From Octopus sinensis (taxonomy: Eukaryota), in assembly GCF_006345805.1 (NCBI RefSeq), contig NC_043006.1, forward strand, positions 62,000,001-62,064,000: a stretch of 64,000 nucleotides of DNA, in the 5' to 3' direction. The notes beneath the pieces are model-generated. The model searched no databases and had not been told where the DNA came from. It saw nothing but the letters and a program-made list of their open reading frames with translations. Position numbers and translations under genes: made by a program. Position 1 is the stretch's first letter. Every line of letters begins with the position of its first letter. Of the stretch, positions 24,625-37,694 are shown piece by piece.

Positions 24625-24954
24625 AAAATAGTAAAAAGTGAAAAAACTACAGAAGGCTTGTTTTAAAAGGTTAAAAAATATATATTTGAGTTAATATGTC
24701 TGAAGAATATTATAAATTTTTTTCTTACAATGACATACTTTAGAAGAAAGACCGGTTTCGCGTTTAGCTTTTTAAATTTCTTAAACATAACGACGTAGGA
24801 AATTTGAAAAGCTAAATGCGAAACCGGTCTTTCTTCTAAACTATGTCATTGTAAGAAAAAAATTTATAATATTCTTCAGACATATTAACTCAAATATATA
24901 TTTTTTAACCTTTTAAAACAAGCCTTCTGTAGTTTTTTCACTTTTTACTATTTT
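24625..24954. repeat. Fold-back inverted repeat, 156-bp near-identical arms, 18-nt spacer
   Basis: 24625-24780 versus 24799-24954, with a few substitutions. Each arm carries GC-TAAAY-GC-GAAACCGGTC. The right end abuts (TA)n. Confidence 0.92.
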
Positions 24955-24956
24955 AT

Positions 24957-24988
<32 letters not shown>

Positions 24989-24999
24989 ATATAAAAAAA

Positions 25000-25262
25000 G
25001 GAACCAAAAAGTGGAACGAAACGACGAATCGGAACGAACCTAATGCGGGGCGCTGTCAGACAAGGTGATAAATAAAAATATATGCATACATTTTTCGTTT
25101 TTTCGTTTTCTTGTTTTTTTGTTTTTTTGTTTTTTTCCGTTTCTACGTCTTATTGTGATATCCTGTACTCACGTATAATTATTTATATATGCATGTATAT
25201 ATACATGTAGATGTAGGTACGTACATATATGTTTGTATGTATGCATATATTTTTATTTCTCA

Positions 25263-25265
<3 letters not shown>
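25000..25265. mobile_element. (TA)n-bracketed module; a related copy lies inverted at about 37690-37830
   Basis: CCTGTACTCACGTA...ATACATGTAGATGTAGGTACGTACATATATGTTTGTATG is the reverse complement of sequence at 37710-37795. Confidence 0.7.
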
Positions 25266-25295
<30 letters not shown>

Positions 25296-25499
25296 ATATT
25301 GATATCGGTGGCATGGGATAGCTTGCCACTCAGTTGTGTTTAATTCCACTTTTTGTTGTGAGTTGAATTGATACAGGCCCTAGTAGTAAAAATTATATTA
25401 GAACTTTCCTTGATATTCATGTGTGCAGCTATCATCATAAAATATTATAATATATTGAACGGTATTCTCTGCCAGAGTAGTGTCCGCTGGAACACTAGA

Positions 25500-25780
25500 C
25501 AGTAACATGTCATTCTTGGTCTCTGAGAATATATTTTTGATGAATTATACTCTCGTCAAACTCATTCCATGATTTTCTTTCAGGCCAGTGAGATAGGCCC
25601 TATAAATTTTAGCATCCGCTCTGCTCTCTCCTTTATGGTTTGGGCATATAATTCGCTACCTAAATTTTCTTGGGAGCTTACCATTTGCAATGGAACGCTG
25701 AAAAAGAGCCGCGGTGATTTTGCAAGTGCTCGTTTTCAGGATTTGAGAATGATTGCTGTAAAAGGGTGATAGTACTGACT
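25500..25780 (-). mobile_element. Decayed LINE fragment (pre-RT region)
   Basis: The minus strand reads KGESRADAK followed by frameshifted YRPISL. Confidence 0.35.
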
Positions 25781-25811
25781 CGTTTGTGCATTTACTATAC
25801 ATTTTTCACTT

Positions 25812-26097
25812 TGGCTTAGTGGTTAAGGTGTTGCACTCACGTTTGCGAGATCACGGGTTCGATTCCCAGACCAAGCGTTGCGTTGTGTTCTTGAGCAAAA
25901 CACACCGTTTCAAGTTACTCTATGGTCACTTCGTCATCTGACATGTGGCACAGGCTGCGCTTTGACAGGTACTGCCGATTTAATGGAGGAAATGGCCTTA
26001 TCTGTACACAAGCATTTGATCACTATAAAAAAATAATGTGTTTGTTTGGCAAGAAATCGCCGGATCCTCATACGTTGTCTGACGACGGGTAAGTCCG
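25812..26097 (+). mobile_element. tRNA-derived SINE
   Basis: A box TGGCTTAGTGGTTAAGG, B box GGGTTCGATTCCC, then GTTCTTGAGCAA; ends at a TA/TG tract. Confidence 0.8.
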
Positions 26098-26281
26098 TTG
26101 TATATATGTGTATGTGAATGTGTGTGTGTGTGTGTGTGTCTGTCTGCGCGCGCATGCATCTGTGTGTTTGTGTGTGTGTGTGGCTGTGTGTGTAGAAGGT
26201 TGAAAAGTAACAGACGATTTGATACGCATAAGGAAGTTAACACTGCAAAATTAAGTTTATCATGAAATACATTTTGTTACG

Positions 26282-26320
26282 CTTAGTACCGGTTTCAGTC
26301 TTTTCGACTTTTCAACTAAG
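26282..26320 (-). ncRNA. Decayed minimal type I hammerhead motif
   Basis: CTTAG-TTGAAAA-GTC-GAAAA-GAC-T-GAAA-CCG-GTA-CTAAG: perfect 5-bp stem I, stem II, palindromic ACCGGT and a GUA triplet. Core C3 and G8 are mutated. Confidence 0.55.
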
Positions 26321-26435
26321 AGGTGGATATTAATTAAGGTGGACATTAAGAGGAAAACAATTAAATTGAAGAAAAAATTAAACGAAATGTTTTGTATTAT
26401 CTCCACAGTCTTCAAATAGGTTAGATATTTACCTT

Positions 26436-26472
<37 letters not shown>

Positions 26473-26567
26473 AGGCTCGGTAGGTAGTAGGAGATCTGAA
26501 ATAGGGTTTATGCGTCCAGGAAAATATTTGGTTTTAAAGTTTGTTTTAAAAAGAAGACGAAAGAAAG

Positions 26568-26810
26568 AAGAAGAAGAAGAATTGAAGAAGAAGAAGAAGA
26601 AGAAGAAGAAGAAGAAGAAGAAGAATTGAAGAAGAGAAGAAGAAGAAGAAGAAGAAGAAGAAGAAGAGAAGAATTTAAACAGAAGAAGAAGAAAAGAAGA
26701 AGAAGAAGAAGAGAAGAAGAAGAAGAAGAAGAAGAAGAAGAAGAAGAATTGAAGAAGAGAAGAAGAAGAAGAAGAAGAAGAAGAAGAAGAAGAAGAAGAA
26801 GAAGAAGAAA
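26568..26810. repeat. (GAA)n microsatellite with recurring interruptions
   Basis: Directly visible. Confidence 0.95.
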
Positions 26811-27499
26811 AATATGGAAGTGGTGTGACCCGAAAGTAGAGGCTGTTCGTGGAAACTAATGGTCAAGTGACTTAAAAGTGACTGGTTGTGATTTTATTAA
26901 TAGTGGTAAGAATCGCTCTAAATAAATTCCTGGTAGCGACTGTTAATAATATATCGTGGGTAGTATTCTAATATACTTGTAGTAGTGGCATCTGTGGTGG
27001 AAGTATTCAAAAAAAGTTTATATGCACATGTGTATGGTTGCATATGTACGTGGGTGTATATGCGATTGTGAGCATATGCATATATATCATGTATGTATTT
27101 TGGACGTGCATTTGAATATATCTGTGCGCGTGCGTATGTGGATTTGTATACGTGTACACGCATAGTTGCATATATATGTACATCTATTTGACGTATGTGT
27201 GGATGCGTATGTGTGTGTTTCTTGCGAGTCTGAGTGCTCATATGCATATAGGCACATGTACAAGGGTGTGCGTGCGTGCATATGAATGTGTATACATGCG
27301 CGCATGCCATGAGCTTGTTTACTCCTTTACTTTTTACTTCCTCCCCTTCGGTTTTTTTCCCTTTTTTAACGGTCATTCTAATAGCTCTTTTGTCTTAATA
27401 ACGGTCATTTACATAGTGATTTCCCTTTCTTTAACGTTCATTTTCCAAGCATATTTTCATTGCCTCGATAGCTGAAGAGATGCCGGTGTAAGTTTCTAT

Positions 27500-28300
27500 A
27501 TTTCGGTGTGAAGACTCCTTCTTGAGGACGTTGAAGAAAGTGGTGGTTCAAAAACGTTTGCTGCTCAAAGGTGTGTAGTAGGGAGTGACAGGGGAGAGGG
27601 GAAGATGACATGCGTGGACTGCTATTATTGTAGCAAGCAGCCTGCTTCGTGTAGTTCCTTCTTGTTGTTAATGATTGGTTTCAATTTGTTTATAAGGAGG
27701 GCTTCTACTATTCTGCCGCTGTTGCATTGGGGTACCTTGATGGAAACTTTGAATATACGGTGTTGGCATTTCTTGATGTGTTTCTTTATAGCAGTGTCTG
27801 TCTGCATATGTTCCTTTATTGCAGACTACCTCGTATACTACATACGCCCTTGAGCATGTTTTGATGTCGATTCTCTGTGTAGAATGTTTTCTCGACAGAA
27901 CTTTCCTTGGGGTTTGACCCGTGTGTAGCAGATCTATATTATGTTCTTTCCGCGAATCGCATGTTGGATCGCTGCAGTTCTTCTCTCGTTGAAGTAAGAT
28001 AGTATAAGGAAGCATTTTTCTGATATGATGTTATGTTTCTGTGTATTGTCTACCCAATTTTGTGCTTCACAAATGCAGTCGTTTAGCTGTGGATGGTGGA
28101 TAGGCATTGTGCGCTATATTCCTGAGGAACAGCTTGATGTTGGTGGCTTTTTTGTCTACTTCACTGCACCTGTCGCTTATGTCTGTTATTTCATTCTGTA
28201 TGCATGCGGTCCGTGAAACAGTCCCCAGCCGAGCAGTTGTCATCCGTTTCTGATGGCTGAATCTACACCCCTGGGTGTTTTAGATAACGAAAAAAATTCT
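27500..28300 (-). mobile_element. Penelope-like element remnant (RT C-terminus/linker and GIY-YIG)
   Basis: AYVVYEVVCNK and TAIKKHIKKC...RIVEALLINKLKPIINNKKE are typical of the PLE GIY-YIG C-terminus; NIKLFLRNIAHNAYP lies upstream near 28100-28140. Confidence 0.65.
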
Positions 28301-29654
28301 GCCACACTGTCTGCTAAAAGAGAGCCATCACCATTTAATATTATGCGCACTTTGTGACAGGTTTACAAAACCGAACTCTCTAGTATCCCAACCCTAATGA
28401 CAAATATTATTGTCCTAATCGTATGACTGTAAGTTTTTTTTTTACTACGTGCGTTGTAGTCAGAGTGGGGGTGTGTGTCTTTGGGCGCGTGTATGTGTTT
28501 TATAACATTAATCCCTACAAATTTGTTTTTAAATAGAAAACTAATTTCTATACAATTTATCACAATACAGACAGTGAGAGATACACATTGCATAGAACAA
28601 TCACCAAGACAACCAATCTATTTTGGATGTTTATTATATTAAAACACAGAAACATTAATTTGGAATTAAAGGTTTCAAATCTTCTGAAGATACGGAAATA
28701 GAAAACGAAGCAAATACAACGTATCTAAAAATTCACGTATTGATCTGTAAATTAATGGAGAGAAGTCAAGAAACGTCAGTTTTGCTATGATGAATATATT
28801 TTGAAGTTTGCGTTTGTAATCATCTACAATTTAGACGGACAATTTTAATTTTGTAACAAAAAGTTTCATACATCATTATGTTACAACGCAAAAATACTTC
28901 ACAATCTCTTCCATTATCTCTTGGCTTGGCAATTGGCAGGAATTTGTTTTCAAGAATAAACTATGTCTAGAAAATGAAGCAATAAAACTATAAGTTTGGC
29001 TCTATACAATTATCAGCACATAAATTCACAGGTATGATATTGTTAGAAATATCAAAATAATAGATAACATATCTACATACATACTGCATTGGTCATTGTG
29101 ACTAAATGTATGATGAGAAAATACGAGTGCATTCTATTCTATTTTTCATGTGCACACTCGATGAGAAGACAACTTAGACTATTCGTCAAGTGCATTCTAT
29201 AACTCTCCCGCCGTATAGCTTCAATGATTCTCTTAGTAAATATGTATACACTGAAATTTATAGGATTGGAAAATGATTTTACCTAGAGATTAACTACACT
29301 AAAGAGTCTAACGCATGTTGGCGCTACTCGAGAGTCCTTTTAGGGGACTCAAGCGTTTTTTTTTATAATTCTGAACGATATCCTTATGAAATACTTCAGG
29401 TACATTAGTATGTCCTGCTTCAGTAATTCTCTAAAGTGTAAAGAACATTATCAATACTATTATCACTGCAATCTCAGATATATTTCGCATATCTATCTAT
29501 CAGGTGTTTTAATATCCAGGGTAACGAGGGAGTTGTCCCAAAGGCGCTCTTCCGCAGCGAACAAGCGAACGTACCAAACATAGACAATGAGTAAATGAGT
29601 AATTGCAGTCGAAAATGTTCACAACACTAGCTCTGCTTTTAATTCGTTTTGATA

Positions 29655-29688
<34 letters not shown>

Positions 29689-29738
29689 GTGTGTGTGTGT
29701 ATGTGTGTGTGTATACTATATATATATATATATATATC

Positions 29739-29773
<35 letters not shown>

Positions 29774-29776
29774 TAT

Positions 29777-29818
<42 letters not shown>

Positions 29819-29838
29819 TATTTATATGTATGTATATG

Positions 29839-29870
<32 letters not shown>

Positions 29871-29885
29871 CAGACAGACATACAT

Positions 29886-29947
<62 letters not shown>

Positions 29948-30259
29948 CGATAGATAGATAGACAGATAGATAGATATTTCTATAAATGAAGAACTGTTGT
30001 TGCTGAATACTGTACAATGAGTCAATTGTACACCCCAGTTCTTAGCCTTTCATTTAAAATTGACAAAATTTGCTCTATAGCAAATATGTACATGCCACCG
30101 TTTCATCAACGTTCTTCACCAAAAACATCATATGTTACTTAGGTTAGTTGAAAATGGCAGTGACAAATTTTAACTTCTAAATTCAGATTCGCAGCATTTA
30201 CTGTGCAATAAAAGTTCTCTTTTATGGTAAAAGGTGTAAAAAAATCCATATCTTCTCAG

Positions 30260-30570
30260 TGCCGAAGTAGCGATTCTGCGATGGTGCGATTGAAACAGTG
30301 GACCATTTCATCTCTGGATGTAAAGTTTTAATGCTAGTAGAGTATGAATCAAATCATGACGGATTTGGTCAATATTCTCACTGGTCCCTATGTCGGCAAA
30401 ATAAAATCGAATCTACTTACAAGTGTATAATCATTATCCTGATGCTGTAACTAAGGAAGAAAAGGTAACGATCTTTGGTACTTTCAAATGCATATAAACA
30501 GAATCAACGAAGCTAATGAGCCAGATATTATAGTAAAAGATCAAGAAAATAAAATGTGTACGCTACTCTG
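30260..30570 (+). mobile_element. R4/Dong-like fragment (CCHC to RLE)
   Basis: RFCDGAIETVDHFISGCKVL ... EANEPDIIVKDQENKMC (knuckle and PD motif). Confidence 0.75.
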
Positions 30571-30843
30571 TATGAGTACACGTACGACTGCAAGATACGC
30601 AGGTACGTGCAGAGAAGAGAACCGTTGCCATTAGAGCGATTACTGTCCATGCAAATAGCCTTTCTCTGCTTAATTCTATTTGATTTTACAAATGAACAAC
30701 CTGACTGGATTATTTTAATGACCTATCAATGTAAACAGTGAATGTCTTTGCCCTCGTGTCGGAAAGACACTCGACAAGAAATGGAAATAAATTGAAGAAA
30801 GGAGAAATACTGATTGCATTACAATAATTTTGAGTAATGATTA

Positions 30844-30911
<68 letters not shown>

Positions 30912-30943
30912 CATTATTATTATTATTATAATTATTATTATTA

Positions 30944-30976
<33 letters not shown>

Positions 30977-30997
30977 CATATTATTATTATTATTATT

Positions 30998-31225
30998 AAG
31001 CTCGCGGAATCGTTACCACGCCGGGCGAAATGCTTAGCGGCATTTCGTCTGCTACTACGTTCTGAGTTCAAATTTCACTGCGGCCGACATTGACATTCAT
31101 CCTTTCGGAGTCGATAAATTAAGTACTATTTGAACACTGGGGTCGATGTAATCGACACATTATCTCCATCAAAATGGCCGCCTTTGTGGCAAAAGTTGAA
31201 GCCATCATTATTATTATCATCATCA

Positions 31226-31256
<31 letters not shown>

Positions 31257-31278
31257 AATTATTATTATTATTATTATT
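30998..31278 (+). mobile_element. tRNA-derived SINE with (ATT)n tail, inserted in an (ATT)n tract
   Basis: GAATCGTTA...GAGTTCAAATT...TTCATCCTTTCGGAGTCGATAAATTAAGTAC; a related copy lies at 62402-62615 (minus). Confidence 0.75.
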
Positions 31279-31294
31279 AACTCGGTAACTCTAG

Positions 31295-31681
31295 TTGTTG
31301 TCATATATTAAGATCAACGGTAATAGCAACAACTTGAACAACAGCAGCACCGAAATAAATTGGAGACCAAAGTGTGATCCTCCCAACAAAACACGTACAA
31401 ATCCCCTCAAACCGACAGTATCCTTCGAAGAGACAACTATAATTACAGAAGGAATTACAGTAAAGGAATATGAATTAAGAAAAGTCAAACATATATTAAG
31501 AAAGATGGGATGCATAATCGGCGTCACACATCCAGCCGATGTGGAAAACGCGAGACATTGTACGGTTGCATACTGTACAATTGGAATGGAGTCATTACAG
31601 ATAGAGCGAGTCCCAGATTCAAAAGACTTTGTGCTGAATATCAGAGCGAAATACCTATATCGACCGGGATATGGGTTTTAG
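31295..31681 (+). other. 128-codon non-repetitive ORF of unknown origin
   Basis: Balanced composition, no motif I recognise; lies just upstream of the Penelope-like remnant. Confidence 0.2.
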
Positions 31682-31699
31682 AATAGAGCACGTATTCAC

Positions 31700-33760
31700 T
31701 GAAACGTCAAAGAAAGCGAGACGAAACTCTCTCTCATAAAACGCTAGAGCAAAGCGCACTCTGCCACCAAAATATTGAGGCCGAAGATTGGTAAAAATAC
31801 AATTAACCCACTACTCCTAAGAGAGAACACGCGAAAGACCTGCAGATATATTGCAGATATATTTTTATCGTGATGATTAATATTAGCGAGACTAATTCCA
31901 TGAGGACCAATGTTAATGATTTTCCCAATATAAGTTATAATAATAGTGGAGGAATAGCTTTTCACATAATGATAATTCAATTGTTGAAGGTTCTAGTAGT
32001 GCTGAAAATCCCCTTAGTGATTTTGGAAACAAAGAAAATTATTTATTTGGAAATTTTTATAAGCGTAGGGAAGACATTTATCAAGCTGATGTTATTTCTG
32101 AGGGTAATGATTACTTGTACATTGGATATTCTTCTAATTATATAAAGGATAGGGTTTCGAATCACTACCATTCCTTTCGGAACAGAAATACGACTCCATC
32201 TACTAGTCTTAGTAATTTCACCTGGAATCTTAAACGTAATAATAAAACGTATTTTATCGAATGGAGTATTGTAGGGAAGTCGCCGTCTTATACGTTTGGT
32301 AATAGGTTCTGCTATCTCTGTTCTGAGGAATTACTTTTGATTTTATTTTCTAGAAGAATGCTGCTAAAATATATCTGAAAGGATTTTTTCTTTGTTCATA
32401 CGAATATATGTGTGTTTAAAAATGATAAATAAGAATGTCTATTATAAGTGTTTTAGTCTATCTGCTTTTATTTTGATTCAGTAGTTTTTGAAAGCTTGAT
32501 AATTTCTGTTTCACTTTTTCTATTTATTACGCAAGTTGGTTCCTCTCGCATTTTTAAACGTTAAAAAAAATTTATGTTACTTATTTTTAAAGACATTCTG
32601 AGTGTTTTAATTTTGGTTCAACTGTGATTATGTGACGGTGGATATTTACATTTAATTAATATAATTATCTTACAACCGTTTTGACATTTCTATTTATTTA
32701 CTTATTAGCTGACACCGTGTCGTTTATAATGACCGCTAATTTTTATTTAAATAAATTAGAAAATGAGGTACGGAATAATGACAGATACAAGCATTCTCAT
32801 ACTTCCGAAGCACGCACATACACACATATACTCAAACAGAATTGGAATTCTGTCAGTTGTGCATTCACTATTCTATTTCCATTACGTACACAAACACTCA
32901 CACAGTCACACACACACATAGACACGAACACTCATACACAAATATTCATATACCTCCGTTTATCATACACATACATATACACATATACTCATAGTGTTGA
33001 ATGGCTGTGTTTTCATCCCTTCCTTCTTTATCATTGTATTCGCCCCTTTCTTTCTAATATGTTAAGAACAGAAGATAGGTTTTTCCTTCTCAAACGGCTA
33101 TTTTTTCTCTCACTCTTTTAGTCATGGCTATTAATCTCTCTACCTCTCCTTTACTGTTTGAATATTTTATCACCTCTCCCTTCACTGATACTACGCATTC
33201 TCTGTTTTATTGTTTTGCGTGTAGGTGGCTATTTTGTAAACACTGAATTGCTTTATCTTGATTTTTATTTTATTACACTATTTTGACATTACACTATTAT
33301 TAACTTTGAATTAGGATAATTATTAATTCTTAGTGAATAGTATGTCAGTTTGTAGTTATAAACTTTTATTTTCTTAATTTTTAATTAGATAAACCTATTA
33401 TTTTCGTAGTTAATTTTTGTTTCATAAAATTCATCTGCCTTTACTTGATACTTACATATCGGGAATTGTATTTTTAATTAAACTCTAGAGTGTTTTTTTT
33501 ACATATTATTGTGGTTCTGAACGGTCTGGCGTTCTAGGGATTTCTCATTCTATTACTTTTTGTTCGTTACTCCCTGGGCTATGAAAGATTTTTATGTTTT
33601 TTTTTTGTTCGTCATAATTATTCATACCAATATGTAATTCCTGACCAAGAATCTATGTTTCATTTCAAGAAGACTTTTCCGTTTTGTCTTCGGAATTAAA
33701 TAGGCTCCGAAACAATTTATAGAATTTATATTGGATCTGTACAAACCTGTATTATGAATT
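31700..33760 (+). mobile_element. Penelope-like element remnant with GIY-YIG endonuclease and a downstream hammerhead-like motif
   Basis: 32070-32378 reads DIYQADVISEGNDYLYIGYSSNYIKDRVSNHYHSFRNRNTTPSTSLSNFTWNLK...WSIVGKSPSYTFGNRFCYLCSEE, a typical PLE GIY-YIG domain. Element boundaries are approximate. Confidence 0.8.
33636..33726 (+). ncRNA. Decayed type I hammerhead motif in a Penelope-like 3' region
   Basis: AATTC-CTGACCA-A-GAATCTAT...ATAGGCTCC-GAAA-CAATTT-ATA-GAATT: 5-bp stem I, 7 of 8 pairs in stem II; G8 is mutated. Confidence 0.55.
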
Positions 33761-34639
33761 AAAGATCGGCAACAATCTACAACTAGAAATTTGGTTTCTT
33801 TTCCTCATACTTCATATATATATATAGACATGCATATAAGTGTAGAAGACATGATAATCGGTGCAGATAACACATACACGAGACGAAAGATAGATACAAA
33901 CCGTGGGCAGTAATTACGCGACAAAAAACGAGTGAAATCCGTAAACAACGAGAAAAAAATGGAAAACAGGACAGGATAACAAAGAAAAGTGACACTTCAT
34001 CAGTTGTTGCCTGTCTATCTACTCGTCATTTCCAGCATTCAAACTACAATATAACTCTTCAAAGAGAGTTGCGGCCATGGATTCTAAAATAGAAGTTGGG
34101 GAAAAAAGTAACAGTGGAGACAAGGAAACCGAACGAAAATAGATATGGAGTGTCGTTAGATCGGAACGAAAGGAGAATAGTGAATACTGGAAGAGACATA
34201 TATATATATATGACAGAAGCTTTGCAAATGCAATTTTAAAAATATTTATTCACTTGACCGGTTTCACATTTTTAGAAAAAGGAAAATGTAAAGCTTTGTA
34301 TATGCTTTGTTATGTTAAGTACTGGTTATCACAAAAGTATTAAAATACATATATATATTCTTTGATAATAATAAGAAAATGTTAAAACGGCTTACAAGGA
34401 AATATCTTGAGAATATATTTAAAAAAAAAATTTGGGGTTCAATAAAAATCATGTTTGGTAGTATATATATACACAGAAGTAGATATATTTAGGAGTTTTC
34501 AAGAATTTGAGATGAACTGACCTGTTTTAGCATTTTTTATTTTGTGTGAAGTTAAGAGTTGTTTGTTATTTTAAGGGACAGTGTGGGAGGTTAGTTGAGG
34601 TGGGGGAAGTTTGAGCAATGCCGTATTGAAAAAATTGTT

Positions 34640-35490
34640 TGTTTCTGTCATGGTTCATTGGTTTTTGGAACTGGTCTTCGAGGTTAGAATGGTGTGATTG
34701 TGTGTGTGCTTGTGTACGTCTCTATGTGTGTGTGTATATACATGCGTTGGTGTTTGTGTGTGGACCGTTTTTGATTGGTCCCAGAGTTTATTGTGGTGTG
34801 TGTAAATGTGTCTCGGTGTGTTTTATATTTGGTAGGACGGTGTGTGCATATGTGTGCACGTTTATGTGTGTGTATGTGTGTGATTAATATTTGTTTGGGT
34901 GTTGTGTGTGCGCATGTGTATTTATGTGGTTGTTCGCGTGTGTGTACGTGTGCGTCTGTGAGTGCGTGTGTATGCTTGTGTGTTTTTAGTATTTGTGGGG
35001 AGGTTATGTGTGTGTACGTGAGTGTGTGTGCATGTGTGTGCGTGTCTGTCTGTCTGAGTATGTTTGTGATGTTATGATTGTCGTGGTGTTGTGTGTGTAT
35101 GTGTGTGATATGTATTTGTCGGGGTGTTGTGTGTGCGCATGTGTGTATATGTGTTTGTTCGCGTGTGTGTATGTGTGCGTTTATTAGTGCGCGCGTGTAT
35201 GTTTGTGTGTTTTTGTGTTGGCGGGGATGTTATGGGTGTACGTGAGTGTGTGTGTACGTGTGGGTGGGTGTTGTATTTATCAGGGGTTCTGTGTGTGTCC
35301 GTATGTGTTGGGTTTATCTGGGTGGTGTGTATGTATTTGCATGTGCGCTTCGTGTATGTTGGTGCTGTGTATGCGTTTGTGTGTGCGTATATATGTGTGT
35401 ATGGTTTATGTAGTTTGCGTGGGGGGTGTACTGCATTTGTGAGTGATTTGTTCTGTTTGTATGGTTAGTACAGTGTGTGTGTATACGTGG
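34640..35490. repeat. Long degenerate GT-rich low-complexity array with internal duplications
   Basis: Strong G+T strand bias; GGTGTTGTGTGTGCGCATGTG...GTTCGCGTGTGTGT recurs near 34898 and 35122. Confidence 0.85.
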
Positions 35491-36020
35491 CAGGTAGCTC
35501 AGGAAGCACACACAAGAGCAACTTTGCCCAAATTTTCTCTGTACCAGAAACAGCTCCTGAAAGAAAGCCAGAACATACCAAGTAAAACAGTCAGAGTTGA
35601 GGTAGTTCCCTAATTTATTACTTTTTCATTGCAGCTGAGATCACATATATTATTATTGAGTATACCCTTAAGTAAAAAATGGTTGCTTCGTATACTGGCA
35701 GTAGTATTTTTTTCAAACGTGTCGGCAGTAACAGCTAACTGATTGGGTAATCAAATCATGAGGGTGCGATGGAAAGAAATATGTTGAATTAAGCCCTCAA
35801 GGAAGTTTTAATTAATTTTGGTATATATATATATATATATATATCTTTAGTGTCCAATATTCTGAAAGTTCTGGTCGACCAAGAAAATTTCGTAGCTTTT
35901 CCTATAATCAAAAGCTGTAATACTGCCTGCAAAGCTCTTTCTTGGGAAATAAGAAAACTTAACGCACACGATCAAATACATACATATATACATACATAAA
36001 TACATATGCGTGTATATATA

Positions 36021-36071
<51 letters not shown>

Positions 36072-37068
36072 CTCTGATACACACCGTCTCATTAAAAATA
36101 AATTCTATGCCACACTTTTGACGAAAACTAAATCCATAAATCAACAAACATTTTCGTGCGACATGAAATTTCTCAATTGTCTTAGATTTCTTCTCATCAA
36201 TGGTATATATTTTATAATATTCTTTTCACTCACTTTTACCTTATTTTGTATCTTATATATTATGCTTTTGCCTATATATTATTAGATTTTATTTTATGTA
36301 TATTCTACTTATAATTTTCTATTCCCTTTTCTATTTTATGATGTTGTTTTTAGCTACATTCTATAATTTACATTTCATAATCGATAATATATGCATTTCA
36401 ATCATCTTTTTATTGGCTATGATTTCCTTTCAAATTGAAATCTCTTATATACTTTTATCTCTATTTCTGACATTATATTATACTATAGGATATTCTTTAC
36501 ATTCACGTTTACCTTATTCTGTAGTCTATATTTTTATATATTACATGCATTTTTATACCGTTTGGTTTTACTTTAATATATCCTGTCCTTAGAATTATAC
36601 GTTCTACTTAAAATGTTACTTTTAACTTTTTATATGGTAAGATGTACATTCATATGTATATTCTATATTGTGATAATCTATAACCGGGATGGAATAAATG
36701 TCTATCACTGGCAATTATTAATACTAGTTTTTCTTTATTATTTTATGATAATAATACGTATGCTCAATCTGGGTAGATAAAAGATTAGGTAAAGAGAGAT
36801 GTTTTGCGCACGAGATAGATAGATAAATGACTACGTAGGTAAAGTGATAATTAGTTAGAAATGAAGTGATAGACACCTACACGTGCTCATTTGTGTATAT
36901 ATACTTTTGGAACGAATTCCTTGTGCATATTAACATGGAGTTCTACACTACTTACTGTTTGAGCTCGTTTGTAAGATTCATGTCTGTATGTCAATTTATG
37001 TGTATGCATATATATATATATTATATATATATTATATATACATGTATATATACATATATAAAACTATA

Positions 37069-37100
<32 letters not shown>

Positions 37101-37180
37101 ATCATGAACAAAAAAACAAAGACAAATTACACGAACGTATACACACACACACACACACACAATATATATATTATATATAT

Positions 37181-37212
<32 letters not shown>

Positions 37213-37440
37213 CGTATTATATACATGAACAAAATTAACAAAAACAAATTACACGAACGTGTATAAACAGGAAATACAAATAATACAGGCACTTCCCCCC
37301 GCACATACATTAACTAAGCATAGACACACATAGGGGTATACGCATGCGCAAATAAAGACAAATACAATAGGAATACAAAATTTGAAACCGGCCGACTGTT
37401 AATACGGAGAGACACACAAATAAGAAAGAAGAAAGCAAAG

Positions 37441-37482
37441 GACCTCTGATGAGGTCACAGAAGTGTGACGAAAGAACTCTGG
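37441..37482 (+). ncRNA. Hammerhead-like core
   Basis: CTGATGA (37446-37452), G, GTCAC/GTGAC stem II, GAAA (37470-37473), GAACTC. Stems I and III are weak. Confidence 0.45.
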
Positions 37483-37646
37483 CCGAAATAAGATTAAGAT
37501 CAATGTATAAAATAGATAAAGCTGAAGCAAATTAACACCAAATATATAGTGCCTGTGTCTTTATTGGCTAAGCTGGCAAAATGACCTTTCCTAAATACAA
37601 CAACATCTGTTTCAACACACGATTTCACATCAAGAATTTTGCAAAC

Positions 37647-37694
<48 letters not shown>

